This document shows, piece by piece, positions 63,371 through 64,000 of a DNA stretch of 64,000 nucleotides. The notes below the pieces were generated by a model that did not search any database, was not told the origin of the DNA, and saw only the letters and a program-made list of their open reading frames with translations. Source of the stretch: Aplysia californica (lineage: Eukaryota); the NCBI RefSeq assembly GCF_000002075.1, contig NW_004797302.1, positions 954,783 through 1,018,782 on the forward strand, given 5' to 3'. Numbering within the stretch: the first letter of the stretch is position 1; each line of letters begins with the position of its first letter. The translations under genes and the position numbers were made by a program.

Positions 63371-63793
63371 GTGTCGCGACACAGTGGAATCAGGCGCTAG
63401 TCAATTTTTGGACATGTGGATTTACTGGTATCATCTTAAAAGCTTGTTCATTTGTCTTGCTTTCGGGGAAAAAAATACTTGTTTATTTTTATTAGAAGTC
63501 GAGATATTTGCAATTGAAGGAGGTGGGGTCACTTTTTAGAGAGGTAAAATTGGTGGAAAAAATGACCGCCAAAGTCTGGTGACTTCCAAAGCTTCAGAAA
63601 CTGCAAATTTACATTATTTGCGCCTCAAATCAACTTTTTCAGTAAAATCCACACAGAAATGTGTTTTTAAATGGACCATAAATGTGTTGAGTCAAAAAAC
63701 AAAAAAGTGATAAAAGTTGCCAAACGAGGAGAAAAATGCCAGTTTCTTCAGTTTCATTATTTTGACACGCCTGATTTCACCATGCTGCCTCCC
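63371..63793. mobile_element. Copy of the Sola1-like MITE
   Basis: Collinear copy with both TIRs. Confidence 0.7.
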
Positions 63794-64000
63794 ATATTAT
63801 GCAGGCCGCAAAATGCTCCCTTGTGCAGACATTCTCAGGTGAACCTAACAAGGATCTGTGAGACATCCAGAACAGCATTTATGGCTACATCAAAACAAAT
63901 ATGGTACTTCCATGTCTTCATTTGAATGGAACCTTATAAGAGAATGACAAAACCATCATAGCATAGAATGAGACTTGTACATCAAATACACAGACTATAT

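Overview
This is AT-rich, repeat-dense animal genomic DNA with five N gaps. The SINE repertoire suggests an invertebrate, probably a mollusc (inference). Two convergent spliced genes can be reconstructed by hand with GT-AG introns and consistent phases. BORCS8 lies on + (ATG 22350, four conserved coding exons, uncertain extended C-terminus, poly(A) signal near 35555). The 3' ~740 codons of NFX1 lie on - (18 exons, 63285 to stop at 41964: NF-X1 zinc-finger repeats, R3H domain, C-terminal IDYFD); its N-terminus is beyond the window. The rest is mobile DNA and tandem repeats: tRNA-derived SINEs, a ~190-bp headless retroposon, RTE and Tc1/mariner relics, and Sola-, piggyBac-, Merlin- and hAT-like non-autonomous elements. 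I found no convincing new multi-gene system. The best leads are the headless retroposon with a covarying 3' hairpin, a hAT-like element with a 6-bp TSD, a nested Merlin-like element, and a duplicated NFX1 splice acceptor. All assignments come from manual reading and remembered family consensus, not database searches.
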